The notes under the pieces are model-generated. The model did no database searches, had not been told where the DNA came from, and worked only from the letters and a program-made list of their open reading frames with translations. Below, in pieces: positions 1 through 10,422 of a DNA stretch of 64,000 bases. Source of the DNA: Bacteroidota bacterium. Its GTDB lineage: Bacteria; Bacteroidota; Ignavibacteria; Ignavibacteriales; SURF-24. Numbering within the stretch: position 1 is the first letter of the stretch; every line of letters begins with the position of its first letter. The stretch lies in contig JBLMZS010000055.1 in NCBI GenBank assembly GCA_050258935.1, positions 344 to 64,343 of the forward strand. Reading direction: 5' to 3'. A program made the translations under genes and the position numbers.

Positions 1-823
1 TCTTAATGTCTTCAAGATTTTCCGTGGTGGATGCAGATTCCTGAAGAAGGTTTTCTAGTGTCTGTGAGAGTGAAGATACTGGTGTAATGGAGTTCATAAT
101 CTCATGAGTAAGCACACTTATGAGTTTCTGCCATGCTTCCATTTCATTATCTTCCATCTCACGTTGTATATTCTGTATGGAAACAAGCTTATACAGCCTG
201 TCCTGCCGTTTGAATTCAGCGGCGAACAGTACCAGTTGCGTCAGTTCATTATTGCCTGTAATTTTAACCAGAGCTTTTTCTCCAGCGGCTATCGTCTGAA
301 GTTTTTCGAAAAGAGGTTTGTTGGAGAAGGCCAGAGAAGAGATATCGCTGAGGCTGGATATTTGCAGTAATTTTTTAGCCGAGTTATTTATCAGTTCTAC
401 ATTACCTGTTGACTGATAGGAGATCAGGCCCAGATCGATATGCTGGATAATCGTCTGAAGAAAGTTTGCATGTTCTTCTTTTTCAGCACGTATCCTTTTG
501 AATTCCTCCATTACTTCAGTGATCTCCTTCTCAAGTTTACTGAAGCTGCCGCCCATTTTTCCGGCAGGGAAACGCGTATTGAAATCGGAATACCTGACCG
601 ACATAAGAAACCGTTCCAGTGTCATGTTTGTGGCATTCAGGTATTTAATAAGCGAGTGTACTTCATATGCTATGACCAGAAAGAGAAAAGCTGCCGCTGT
701 CGCAGAACTGCCGGCAAGTACTAGAAATGCAAACGTAAAAATTGTTGCTGTCAGGATCAGTATCCTATAGATAAAAACAAATCTGTAATCGCTGAGTATG
801 TTTCTGTATTTATTTCTGAACAT
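1..823 (-). CDS. Sensor histidine kinase, partial (3' end lies beyond window start)
   Basis: Absent from the ORF track because it has no stop inside the window. My reverse translation from ATG (comp 821-823) reads MFRNKYRNILSDYRFVFIYRILILTATIFTFAFLVLAGSSATAAAFLFLVIAYEV..., which includes two hydrophobic segments. It stays open to position 1 and contains an H-box, WQKLISVLTHEIMNSITPVSSL (His codon comp 104-106). The start lies 11 nt downstream of the response-regulator stop. Confidence 0.75.
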   Translation of the reverse strand, partial: MFRNKYRNILSDYRFVFIYRILILTATIFTFAFLVLAGSSATAAAFLFLVIAYEVHSLIKYLNATNMTLERFLMSVRYSDFNTRFPAGKMGGSFSKLEKEITEVMEEFKRIRAEKEEHANFLQTIIQHIDLGLISYQSTGNVELINNSAKKLLQISSLSDISSLAFSNKPLFEKLQTIAAGEKALVKITGNNELTQLVLFAAEFKRQDRLYKLVSIQNIQREMEDNEMEAWQKLISVLTHEIMNSITPVSSLSQTLENLLQESASTTENLEDIK

Positions 824-834
824 AGCTCTTGTAC

Positions 835-2208
835 CTATAACCCGAATTTCTCTATACGCCTGTAGAGCGCAGCTCTGGTAATTCCCAGTTCTTTTGAAGC
901 CAGTGTTATATTTCCGTTATGCCTGAGAAGTATTCTTCTGACTGTCATCCGTTCGATTTCATCAAGGCTGAGGTTATCAACAGACAACGGTGGTACCGGT
1001 TCCTTTGGAGCGAACCCGAAGTCGTCGGGCATAAGTACGTCTGTCTCACTCATTATCGCAGCACGTTCCACTGCATGCTGGAGCTCACGTACGTTACCTG
1101 GCCAGTCATAATTGCAGAACAGCCGGAGTGTGCTCTTATCAAAACTAAGTGACTGCTTATGATATTTACGCATGTATATGGCGAGGAAATATTCTGCAAG
1201 CAGCTTTATATCGTCACCCCTGTCCTTGAGCGGAGGTATCATGATTTCTACCGTGTTAATGCGGTAGAGCAGATCACGCCGGAATTGCTTTTCCTCAGCC
1301 ATTTCATACACTGGCATATTTGTGGCACAAACAAGTCTTATATCAACCGGCTTGTACTTAACTGAGCCGACTTTTGCCACCTGTCTGTTCTGCAGCACTG
1401 TAAGCAGCTTTGACTGGAGTTCGACTGGTATATTTCCGATCTCATCGAGGAACAGTGTTCCACCCGAAGCAATTTCAAATCTTCCCGGCTTATCTTCTAT
1501 TGCGTTTGTAAATGCACCCTTAACGTGTCCGAACAATTCGCTTTCGAAAAGAGATGCGCTTATGGAACCCAGGTCAACGCTTATAAATGCTTCATTATTC
1601 CTGCGCGAAAGATTATGAATGGCGCGAGCTACAAGCTCCTTTCCGGTACCATTATCGCCGAGAATTAGTACGCTGGCATCTGTTGCGGCTACTTTTTTTA
1701 TTGTTGAATATACTTTCCGTATTGCTTCAGATGTTCCGATCAGTTCATGGAAACCTTTATTCAGATCGGTCTGCAGCAGCGTCTGCTGATGCTTGAGCCT
1801 TATCATTTCCAGATTGGCAGTTCTCAGTTTCATAGCAGAGAAAAAAGTAGCGAGAAATTTTTCATTCTGCCAGGGTTTGGTAATGAAGTCAGTAGCACCC
1901 TGCTTAATTGCCTGGACCGCCTTCTCGACATCACCATAAGCGGTTATCAGTACTACTACGGCAGCTGGTTCATATCTGAGAATTTCACTGAGCCAGAAAA
2001 AACCTTCACGGCCCTCAGTTGTGTCCTTCGAAAAATTCATATCCAGAAAAATCACATCATATGATTCCTGTGACAAATGCTGCGTCAGAAGAGCAGGATT
2101 TTTTTCTGTTGTAATTACTGAGGCATACGGTTTCAGCAGAAGCCGTGCAGCAAGCAGTATATCTTCATTATCGTCGACGATCAGTATTTTTGATGTAGTA
2201 TTTTGCAT
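835..2208 (-). CDS. Sigma-54-dependent response regulator (NtrC/AtoC-type enhancer-binding protein)
   Basis: 457 aa. It has a receiver domain (KILIVDDNEDILL...DVIFLDMNF) and an AAA+ domain with Walker A GDNGTGKE and the sigma-54 contact loop ESELFGHVKGAFTNA (GAFTGA variant). It ends in a C-terminal HTH (LGITRAALYRRIEKFGL). Confidence 0.9.
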   Translation of the reverse strand: MQNTTSKILIVDDNEDILLAARLLLKPYASVITTEKNPALLTQHLSQESYDVIFLDMNFSKDTTEGREGFFWLSEILRYEPAAVVVLITAYGDVEKAVQAIKQGATDFITKPWQNEKFLATFFSAMKLRTANLEMIRLKHQQTLLQTDLNKGFHELIGTSEAIRKVYSTIKKVAATDASVLILGDNGTGKELVARAIHNLSRRNNEAFISVDLGSISASLFESELFGHVKGAFTNAIEDKPGRFEIASGGTLFLDEIGNIPVELQSKLLTVLQNRQVAKVGSVKYKPVDIRLVCATNMPVYEMAEEKQFRRDLLYRINTVEIMIPPLKDRGDDIKLLAEYFLAIYMRKYHKQSLSFDKSTLRLFCNYDWPGNVRELQHAVERAAIMSETDVLMPDDFGFAPKEPVPPLSVDNLSLDEIERMTVRRILLRHNGNITLASKELGITRAALYRRIEKFGL

Positions 2209-2340
2209 ATCAGATATTATGTTCGTTATCGGACACTAATGTAACGAATCCGGACATCAGTTTCCTTCACAATACGGATTAACTGTTTAATAATGCCATA
2301 TTTTAGTCCTGGTTTATTTAATAATCAGCAAAAAACATTC

Positions 2341-2356
2341 CGGTACGCTAATTGCT
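2341..2356 (+). promoter_or_regulatory. Candidate sigma-54 (-24/-12) promoter for the HlyD/ABC/FtsX operon
   Basis: cGGTACGctaaTTGCt has GG at 2342-2343 and GC at 2354-2355, separated by 10 nt. This matches the remembered consensus TGGCACG-N4-TTGCW with one mismatch in the -24 box. It sits 35 nt upstream of the ATG at 2391 and next to a divergent sigma-54 activator gene. Confidence 0.55.
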
Positions 2357-2390
2357 TTAGAGGACATGTAACAATCTCAACTGAATTACT

Positions 2391-3641
2391 ATGGACAAAA
2401 AATTAGAAAAAAAAGAACTGTATAAAAAGAAGAAATTTTGGATATGCGTTATCTGTATATCTTTGTTCCTGATATTTACAGTCATGCTGGCGTTTGAATC
2501 GCCAGCCGAAATTAACATAGAAAAGGATAAAATAACAATTTCAGAAGTCAGATATGATGACTTTGAAGAATTTATTCCCGTTACGGGCACGGTCCTGGCA
2601 AAAACTACTATCTTTCTCGATGCAATTGCAGGCGGTTCAGTAGAAAAGGTATTTGCAGAAGAAGGGAGCCTTCTGAAAGCAGGAGACAAGATACTGAAGC
2701 TTTCAAATACCAGCCTTCAGCTCAGCACTCTCCAGCAGGAGACCGGTACATATCAGCAGATCAATGAAGCGCGCAATACGCGTCTGCTCACCGAACAGAA
2801 CAGTACATCTATACAGTCGGCGCTGGTTGGGGCCAGTCACAGTCTGAATCTTTCACGACAGGCGTACATGCGCGGTAAAGCCATGTGGGCAAAGAAACTT
2901 ATCTCTGACGAAGACTATGAAAGAATATACGAAAACTATGCGCGTGACCTTCAGCAGCATAAGCTCGCATACAGGAATTATGTGCAGGATTCGGTATTAA
3001 GAAATTCTCAACTGACGCAGATCGATCAGTCGATTAAGCGTCTTCAGCTGAATCTGGAACTCATCAGGGAGAATATCGATAACCTTATTATCAGATCACC
3101 AATTGACGGGCAGCTGACTTCACTTGACGCAGAAGCTGGTCAGTCAAAACCATCAGGCAGCAGACTGGGACAGATTGACGCACTGGACGGGTTCCGTATT
3201 TCTGCAGATATTGACGAGTTCTATATCTCAAGAATCACTGCCGGGCTAACAGCTTCCGCAGAACTGAATGGAAAAACTTACAGACTTCTGCTGACAAAGG
3301 TTTTTCCGGAGATCAGTGATGGCAGGTTTCGTGTATATTTGTATTTTACCGGCAGTGTTCCTGACGGGTTAAGGCGGGGTCAGACACTGCAGCTGAAACT
3401 GAAACTGAGCGAGAAGACCAGAGGAATACTGATACCAAGGGGCGGTTTCTTTCAGAAGACCGGCGGTCAGTGGATATTTTGTATTAACGAAAAAGATAAC
3501 ACTGCATACAGAAAAACAATAAGTATTGGCAGGCAGAATCCCGATTACTACGAAGTTCTAAGCGGACTGAAGCCGGGTGAAAAAGTAATTACCTCCTCGT
3601 ATGAAAACTTCGGAGATGCCCGCAGGCTTGCATTAAAGTAA
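2391..3641 (+). CDS. HlyD-family periplasmic adaptor (MacA-like membrane fusion protein)
   Basis: 416 aa with an N-terminal TM helix (FWICVICISLFLIFTVMLAF), a long coiled-coil-like middle and a beta-rich C-terminus. It lies directly upstream of an ABC ATPase and an FtsX-type permease. Confidence 0.8.
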   Translation: MDKKLEKKELYKKKKFWICVICISLFLIFTVMLAFESPAEINIEKDKITISEVRYDDFEEFIPVTGTVLAKTTIFLDAIAGGSVEKVFAEEGSLLKAGDKILKLSNTSLQLSTLQQETGTYQQINEARNTRLLTEQNSTSIQSALVGASHSLNLSRQAYMRGKAMWAKKLISDEDYERIYENYARDLQQHKLAYRNYVQDSVLRNSQLTQIDQSIKRLQLNLELIRENIDNLIIRSPIDGQLTSLDAEAGQSKPSGSRLGQIDALDGFRISADIDEFYISRITAGLTASAELNGKTYRLLLTKVFPEISDGRFRVYLYFTGSVPDGLRRGQTLQLKLKLSEKTRGILIPRGGFFQKTGGQWIFCINEKDNTAYRKTISIGRQNPDYYEVLSGLKPGEKVITSSYENFGDARRLALK

Positions 3642-3690
3642 AACATCTGTTTGCCGGTTTTAAGTAAAATAATATCAGAGGAGAATAAAT

Positions 3691-4380
3691 ATGATAAAAA
3701 CCAACGGTCTGAAAAAGATTTTCACAACAGAAGAAGTTGAAACTACTGCACTGGAAAATATTAATCTGGAAATACAACAGGGTGAATTCGTTGCAATAAT
3801 GGGACCTTCGGGCTGCGGGAAATCTACAATGCTGAATATCCTGGGACTGCTTGATAATCCTACTGAAGGCAGTTATAATTTCATGGGAACAGAAGTGTCG
3901 GGATTTTCTGAAAGACAGAGGGCACGACTGAGGAAATCCAGTATCGGATTTGTATTCCAGAGCTTCAACCTAATCGATGAACTTACGGTATATGAGAATG
4001 TGGAACTTCCGCTTTTGTATCTTGGAACCCCTGCGGGAAACAGGAAGCAGATGGTGACAGATGTGCTGGAACGAATGCAGATAATCCACCGCAGGGATCA
4101 CTTTCCGCAGCAGCTCTCCGGTGGACAGCAGCAGCGCGTCGCAGTTGCAAGGGCAGTGGTCACCAATCCCAGTCTAATACTCGCAGATGAACCGACCGGA
4201 AACCTGGATTCCTCAAACGGGGAGGCGGTTATGAATATGCTCACGAACCTGAACGAACAGGGAACTACAATAGCTATGGTAACACATTCTCCGCATGACT
4301 CTGAATATGCACAGCGGATAATTCACCTGTTCGATGGCCATATCGTCACGGAGAATTATAAAATGATATTCCATGTCTGA
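3691..4380 (+). CDS. ABC transporter ATP-binding protein (MacB/LolD-type)
   Basis: Walker A GPSGCGKST, signature LSGGQQQRVAVARA and Walker B LILADEPTGNLD. SD GAGGAG lies upstream. Confidence 0.92.
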   Translation: MIKTNGLKKIFTTEEVETTALENINLEIQQGEFVAIMGPSGCGKSTMLNILGLLDNPTEGSYNFMGTEVSGFSERQRARLRKSSIGFVFQSFNLIDELTVYENVELPLLYLGTPAGNRKQMVTDVLERMQIIHRRDHFPQQLSGGQQQRVAVARAVVTNPSLILADEPTGNLDSSNGEAVMNMLTNLNEQGTTIAMVTHSPHDSEYAQRIIHLFDGHIVTENYKMIFHV

Positions 4381-4435
4381 TCGTTTTCTGACATGATCCC
4401 ACTATACATTCAGTTAATTTCGGAGAAGAGATAGA

Positions 4436-6832
4436 ATGATACTTAATTACCTGAAAACTTTTATCAGGAACCACAGGAAATATAAAACGTCCTCCATTGT
4501 AAACCTTACCGGTCTGTCGCTGGCTATTGCCGGTTGTATCTTTATACTGTTGTTCGTATTTGATGAGCTGAAATTCGACCAGTTTCAGAAGGACAAAGAC
4601 AACATTTTCAGATATACCGAACTTGATAAGCGTACCGGAGAGATAAATGTTATAATGCCTGCGTGCAACTATTCAAAGATTACCGGTGACTCGCCTGAGA
4701 TAATTAACGGATTCAGAATAAGGGAGTATTCTGATCGTACTATGGCTGCAGGTAAAAAACAATTTTTGGAAAACGTTTACTATGCAGATAAGGAAATACT
4801 GAGCGTATTTACTTTTCCGCTGCTTTCTGGTGACAGCAGTAGTGCTCTTGAAGCCCCCTTTACTATGGTCATCTCCGAGGAAAATGCTATCCGGTACTTC
4901 GGTACCGTGAATGTTATTGGTAAAACACTGAGGCAGGACAACCAGTATGATTTCCGCATTACCGGAGTAATGAAAAATATTGCAGTCAATTCTCACCTGA
5001 GACCTGGTATGATACTGTCTATCGCCACGCTGAATACTACACAACCCTTTTCTATGGAGGATTACCGCGTCAGTTCCTGTTTCTACTATTTTCGGTCAGT
5101 GAAAAACATCTCAAAAGAAGAGCTCGAAAAAAGACTGAACGAGAGGATCGGACGCAAGTTCGGTACTGACTGGGCCAGGTTCAACCGCGTTGTACTTGAA
5201 CGCCTGCCGGATATTTATCTGCATCCCAATGGATCTGAATGGGATATTTCCAGGCATGGTGACGCCAGGTTGGTAAAAAGCTTTATAATAATTGCCGCAC
5301 TGATATTGCTGATGGCTTCTTTCAATTATTCTAATATGCTCACTGCCCAGATAAGGATCAGGGAAAAGGAAATAGCCGTAAGGAGAATACACGGAGCAGG
5401 GCGGGACGGCATTATAAAGCAGTTTGTCTTTGAAACACTGTTATACCTGGCGACTGCTCTCTGTGCTGCATTATGCGCGGTTCTGTTGCTGCTGCCGGAA
5501 TTCAACAGGCTGATGAACAAGGAACTGACTATCGGGAACTTGCTTTCGGAGGAAATGATAATTTCCGTATTAACCGTAATTGTTCTGACAGCGCTGCTTT
5601 CGCTTCTCTATCCGGTTGCGGTTTCCTTCAGGGCAGATAACCTCAGCAGACTGAAGGGAAGTCAGTTATCCGGTCATTTTAACTTTTCGAAAGTAAGATT
5701 TGGATTCAGACAGGTAGTAACAGCAGTACAGTTTATTATCACTGTTTCCTTGCTGATCTGTATTGGGATTATGTACAGGCAGCTGAACTATGCAAACACT
5801 ACTTCGCTTGGCTTCAATAAAGACTGCCTTGTTGTGGTTGATAATCCATACGATATGGATATGTACAGTCGCTTCGATAACTTTAGGAATGTGCTGAAGA
5901 AATATCCACAGATATTGGCAGTATCTGCCAGCGAAAACTATCCCTCAACTAACATCAGTAACTATGGGTATCCGAAACGCAGAGGCTCAGATGGCAATGG
6001 AAAGGTGAAAATAGGACTGGTAGCTGTCGATCATGATCTGTTTGGTGTATGGCAGACAAGATTCCTGTCTGGCAGGAATTTCTCAAGATCATTCGTCAGT
6101 GATGATCGCAACTGCGTGATACTGAATGAATCTGCCGTCAGGGCCCTTAATATAACTGATCCGCTGAACACCGAACTTACGGATATTAATAATTCAGAGG
6201 GACCGCAAAGGATAATTGGTGTAGTCGAGGATATTCATTTCAAATCATTCAAGGAAAAAGTGATGCCGACGGTCTATTATGTGAGACAGTGGTGCGCGGT
6301 CAACATAAGTGTCAGGCTTGATACGAAAGCCATACCTGCAGGAATTAAGATACTGGAGCGGGAGTGGAAAAAAATTCTGCCGGACCGTCCCTTTATGTTC
6401 AAATTTGTCGATGAATCATACAACGCGCTTTACCAGACTGAACAGCGAACTGAAAAGCTGATAATTATCTTCTGCATACTTGCTGTTATTATCTCGGCTA
6501 TTGGTATTTTCGGCCTGATGTCGCTCATTGCGCAAACCAGAAGGAAGGAGATAGGGATACGCAAAGTGCTGGGTGGATCGGCATCCGGAATAATATTTCT
6601 GATAGTAAAAGAATTTCTGTTTGTTATATTCCTGGCAAATGTAATTGCCTGGCCGGCAGCGTATTATCTCATGAACAACTGGCTGAAGGATTATGTTTAC
6701 CGGATTGAGATCGGGTGGGGAGTATTTTTCTTCTCGGCTGTGGTTTCTCTGGTAATTGCCGTATCTACAATCGGGTATCAGGCAGTCAGGGCGGCATTCG
6801 GAAATCCCGTTGATTCACTGAAATATGAATGA
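4436..6832 (+). CDS. ABC transporter permease, double FtsX/MacB-type
   Basis: 798 aa. There is an N-terminal TM helix followed by a large extracytoplasmic domain, and two clusters of TM helices. The layout is duplicated, as is typical of about 800-aa FtsX-family permeases. Confidence 0.85.
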   Translation: MILNYLKTFIRNHRKYKTSSIVNLTGLSLAIAGCIFILLFVFDELKFDQFQKDKDNIFRYTELDKRTGEINVIMPACNYSKITGDSPEIINGFRIREYSDRTMAAGKKQFLENVYYADKEILSVFTFPLLSGDSSSALEAPFTMVISEENAIRYFGTVNVIGKTLRQDNQYDFRITGVMKNIAVNSHLRPGMILSIATLNTTQPFSMEDYRVSSCFYYFRSVKNISKEELEKRLNERIGRKFGTDWARFNRVVLERLPDIYLHPNGSEWDISRHGDARLVKSFIIIAALILLMASFNYSNMLTAQIRIREKEIAVRRIHGAGRDGIIKQFVFETLLYLATALCAALCAVLLLLPEFNRLMNKELTIGNLLSEEMIISVLTVIVLTALLSLLYPVAVSFRADNLSRLKGSQLSGHFNFSKVRFGFRQVVTAVQFIITVSLLICIGIMYRQLNYANTTSLGFNKDCLVVVDNPYDMDMYSRFDNFRNVLKKYPQILAVSASENYPSTNISNYGYPKRRGSDGNGKVKIGLVAVDHDLFGVWQTRFLSGRNFSRSFVSDDRNCVILNESAVRALNITDPLNTELTDINNSEGPQRIIGVVEDIHFKSFKEKVMPTVYYVRQWCAVNISVRLDTKAIPAGIKILEREWKKILPDRPFMFKFVDESYNALYQTEQRTEKLIIIFCILAVIISAIGIFGLMSLIAQTRRKEIGIRKVLGGSASGIIFLIVKEFLFVIFLANVIAWPAAYYLMNNWLKDYVYRIEIGWGVFFFSAVVSLVIAVSTIGYQAVRAAFGNPVDSLKYE

Positions 6833-6946
6833 CATTCCCTGAGAATTCTGACTGTATCTGGGCGGAGCCGGCGAAAGTATCCCGGCCCGCTTCAGATCGT
6901 CTTGCAATGAGTGAGGTACCCGGTAAAAGAAAAAAGAATCATATTT

Positions 6947-8767
6947 TTATTCTGCAGAAAGCAGCGGCAACAAGCTCGTTTCAAGTCTGCTCAGGTCTTT
7001 CATCATTCTTTCCCTTACTGCCTCGGTTTCCTCAATAATATCAGGGATAAGTCCTTTATAGTATTCAATTCCGCTCATCAGATTATCCCGGAATGTCTTA
7101 AGCAGTTTTTCTGTCTGGTCAGAAAATGGTCTGACACTATCGGTCACGAGCTTGCGGAAATAATCGACATAGAGGCTAAGTTCCTTGATGAACATATTGG
7201 GCCGGTTGTCATCGGTTATAAGGTTGATTCTGCCATAAATGTGATCGACCATATCTTTCAACGTGGATATCCTGGAAAAATACGCCAGATTGGGACCGGG
7301 GCACACCGATACCGCATTGCTTCTTTTGGCGGGCTTTATATTATTTACAAGCAGAACGGAGGAGGATAGTCCTTCACAAAGGCATTCCTTCTCGAGAGCT
7401 TTACTTATCTCACTGTCATATTCTTCCTTTGAAAGATTCCTGTCGCGCAGCTGTTTCATTTTTCCCTTCAGGTACTCAATTGAGGCTCTGCATACCGGTT
7501 TCTCTGACAGCTCGGAACAGTTTTTCAGAAACTGCTTCGTGCAAGGATTACCGAACCGGCCTTTAGCGATCCGTTCTGTTTTTTCTATTTCCTTTGATGA
7601 ATTCCGTAAGTTATTGAACATGACACCCAATGGTGATACCCTGCTCAGATAAATATCCTTTTCTCCGGCTTCTGATAACTTCTTCAGTGTCTCATCATCC
7701 ACATTCATCACTTCGGGCACCAGCAGGAACGGGCTACCCCAGCCTACAGAATCAACACCGTAGTTACGCATCAGAAATTCCTGTTCGGTTGATGTTCCGA
7801 CTCCTCCCTGCACAGTGATGCCAATCCGGAGCTTGTCTGCATCAGCAAAAATATTTTCATCAGTCACTTTCTTTTTCTGTTTCATTACCTGAGAATATAA
7901 CTCGCGTGTCGATCTGAGGAGCTCATCTTTTCTGCGCTTGAATTCTTCCAGTATCGGGCCCAGCAAATACCCGTCGCTTGCAAATGCATGTCCGCCGCAG
8001 TTAAGTCCCGATTCAATGCGGTACTCCGAGACCCAGAGCCCTTTCTTTGCGAGGAATTTTCCTTGTATCAGTGCGCTGCGGAAGTCGCTGACTTTTATGA
8101 TAATTTTCTTCTTGAAGTTTCCGTATATATCAGGAGAAAAACCCGGCAGCGTTTCCAGGTAGCTGTAAAGCCTGGGGTTCATACCTGCTGAGAAAATTAT
8201 GGAACCAGACAAATTACTGTTTGCAAAACCTCGGAGTGCGGCATGAGCGTCATTATATTCAGAGGGAAGGGCCTCTCCATTCGCATCATAATTGGTTTTG
8301 TCCACTTTGGTCATTACGTTCACGTCGATAGAACCGGGAGTAATATTTTCTCTGAGCCATTTCTGCAGTCTGAGTACGACACTTGAGTCTTTTGAAGCGA
8401 GCATTTCTTTGTATTTTGTCTTCAGTGAAGAAAATTCCGGCAGCATTTCGAAATATCTGCTAATTTCGCTGCCCGCCTTAAACTCGGAATTTCTGAGCGA
8501 TTCAAACTGGTTTTTGACCATTTGTCTGAGCATATCAAGGTATGCGGTAATTCTCTTAGCTCTCGAATCTTCATCTTTGGCGGCAATGGGGATATAGGGC
8601 TTGTTTGATTTCTGCAGATAGTATTTCCGCAGTGTTTCGAGAAGGTCGTCGTCTCCAATAGAAAGTACAGATGAAATACCGTATCTTGCTACTTTTAGCG
8701 GTGTATCTACCGAAAAACCAATTCCCAGTACGGGTATATGAAATTTATGTTCAATGGAAGCTGACAT
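6947..8767 (-). CDS. Hypothetical protein (606 aa) with distant NMO/FabK-like TIM-barrel motifs
   Basis: I prefer the start at MSASIEHKF (comp 8765-8767). Three motifs resemble nitronate-monooxygenase-family blocks as I remember them: PVLGIGFSVDTPLKVARYGISSVLS, ESGLNCGGHAF and QGGVGTSTEQEFLMRNYGVDSVGWGSPFLLVPE. The protein is about twice the usual length, and the functional call is weak. Confidence 0.45.
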   Translation of the reverse strand: MSASIEHKFHIPVLGIGFSVDTPLKVARYGISSVLSIGDDDLLETLRKYYLQKSNKPYIPIAAKDEDSRAKRITAYLDMLRQMVKNQFESLRNSEFKAGSEISRYFEMLPEFSSLKTKYKEMLASKDSSVVLRLQKWLRENITPGSIDVNVMTKVDKTNYDANGEALPSEYNDAHAALRGFANSNLSGSIIFSAGMNPRLYSYLETLPGFSPDIYGNFKKKIIIKVSDFRSALIQGKFLAKKGLWVSEYRIESGLNCGGHAFASDGYLLGPILEEFKRRKDELLRSTRELYSQVMKQKKKVTDENIFADADKLRIGITVQGGVGTSTEQEFLMRNYGVDSVGWGSPFLLVPEVMNVDDETLKKLSEAGEKDIYLSRVSPLGVMFNNLRNSSKEIEKTERIAKGRFGNPCTKQFLKNCSELSEKPVCRASIEYLKGKMKQLRDRNLSKEEYDSEISKALEKECLCEGLSSSVLLVNNIKPAKRSNAVSVCPGPNLAYFSRISTLKDMVDHIYGRINLITDDNRPNMFIKELSLYVDYFRKLVTDSVRPFSDQTEKLLKTFRDNLMSGIEYYKGLIPDIIEETEAVRERMMKDLSRLETSLLPLLSAE

Positions 8768-9006
8768 TATGCTCCTGTTAAATATTAAGCACAAAAGAAA
8801 TTCAAACACAGAACTTAAAATACCAAATTATTATGCAAATACCCGCCTCCGGTGCAAAATAATGACGGCAAAAAATTTTCAGCCCAAATTCATATCACTT
8901 TTCTGCGGTCATCAGAGACTGGCGGAAATTGTTATTTTTTTACTTTAAGATTGATTTTGCAGCCGCATATTGATACTTTTGATCATGTAATTTTTTATAT
9001 CTTTAA

Positions 9007-10317
<1,311 letters not shown>

Positions 10318-10340
10318 TACTGATAAAGGCTCTTTCAAAG

Positions 10341-10370
10341 GCGTCCTGCCAAAAGCGGGGCGCTTTTTTT
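10341..10370 (+). terminator. Rho-independent terminator after eno
   Basis: GCGTCCTGC (10341-10349) pairs with GCGGGGCGC (10355-10363) through two G-U pairs, followed by T7 (10364-10370). Confidence 0.65.
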
Positions 10371-10422
10371 ATCTAAATACAAATACATACAATTCCAATT
10401 GATCTCAGACAGAGAGGTTCTT

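Noticed and set aside
6829-7369. Plus-strand ORFs 6829-7038 and 6911-7369 downstream of the FtsX permease.
   Set aside because: They overlap the 3' end of the 606-aa minus-strand gene, which has coherent motifs. They have no SD and their composition is odd.
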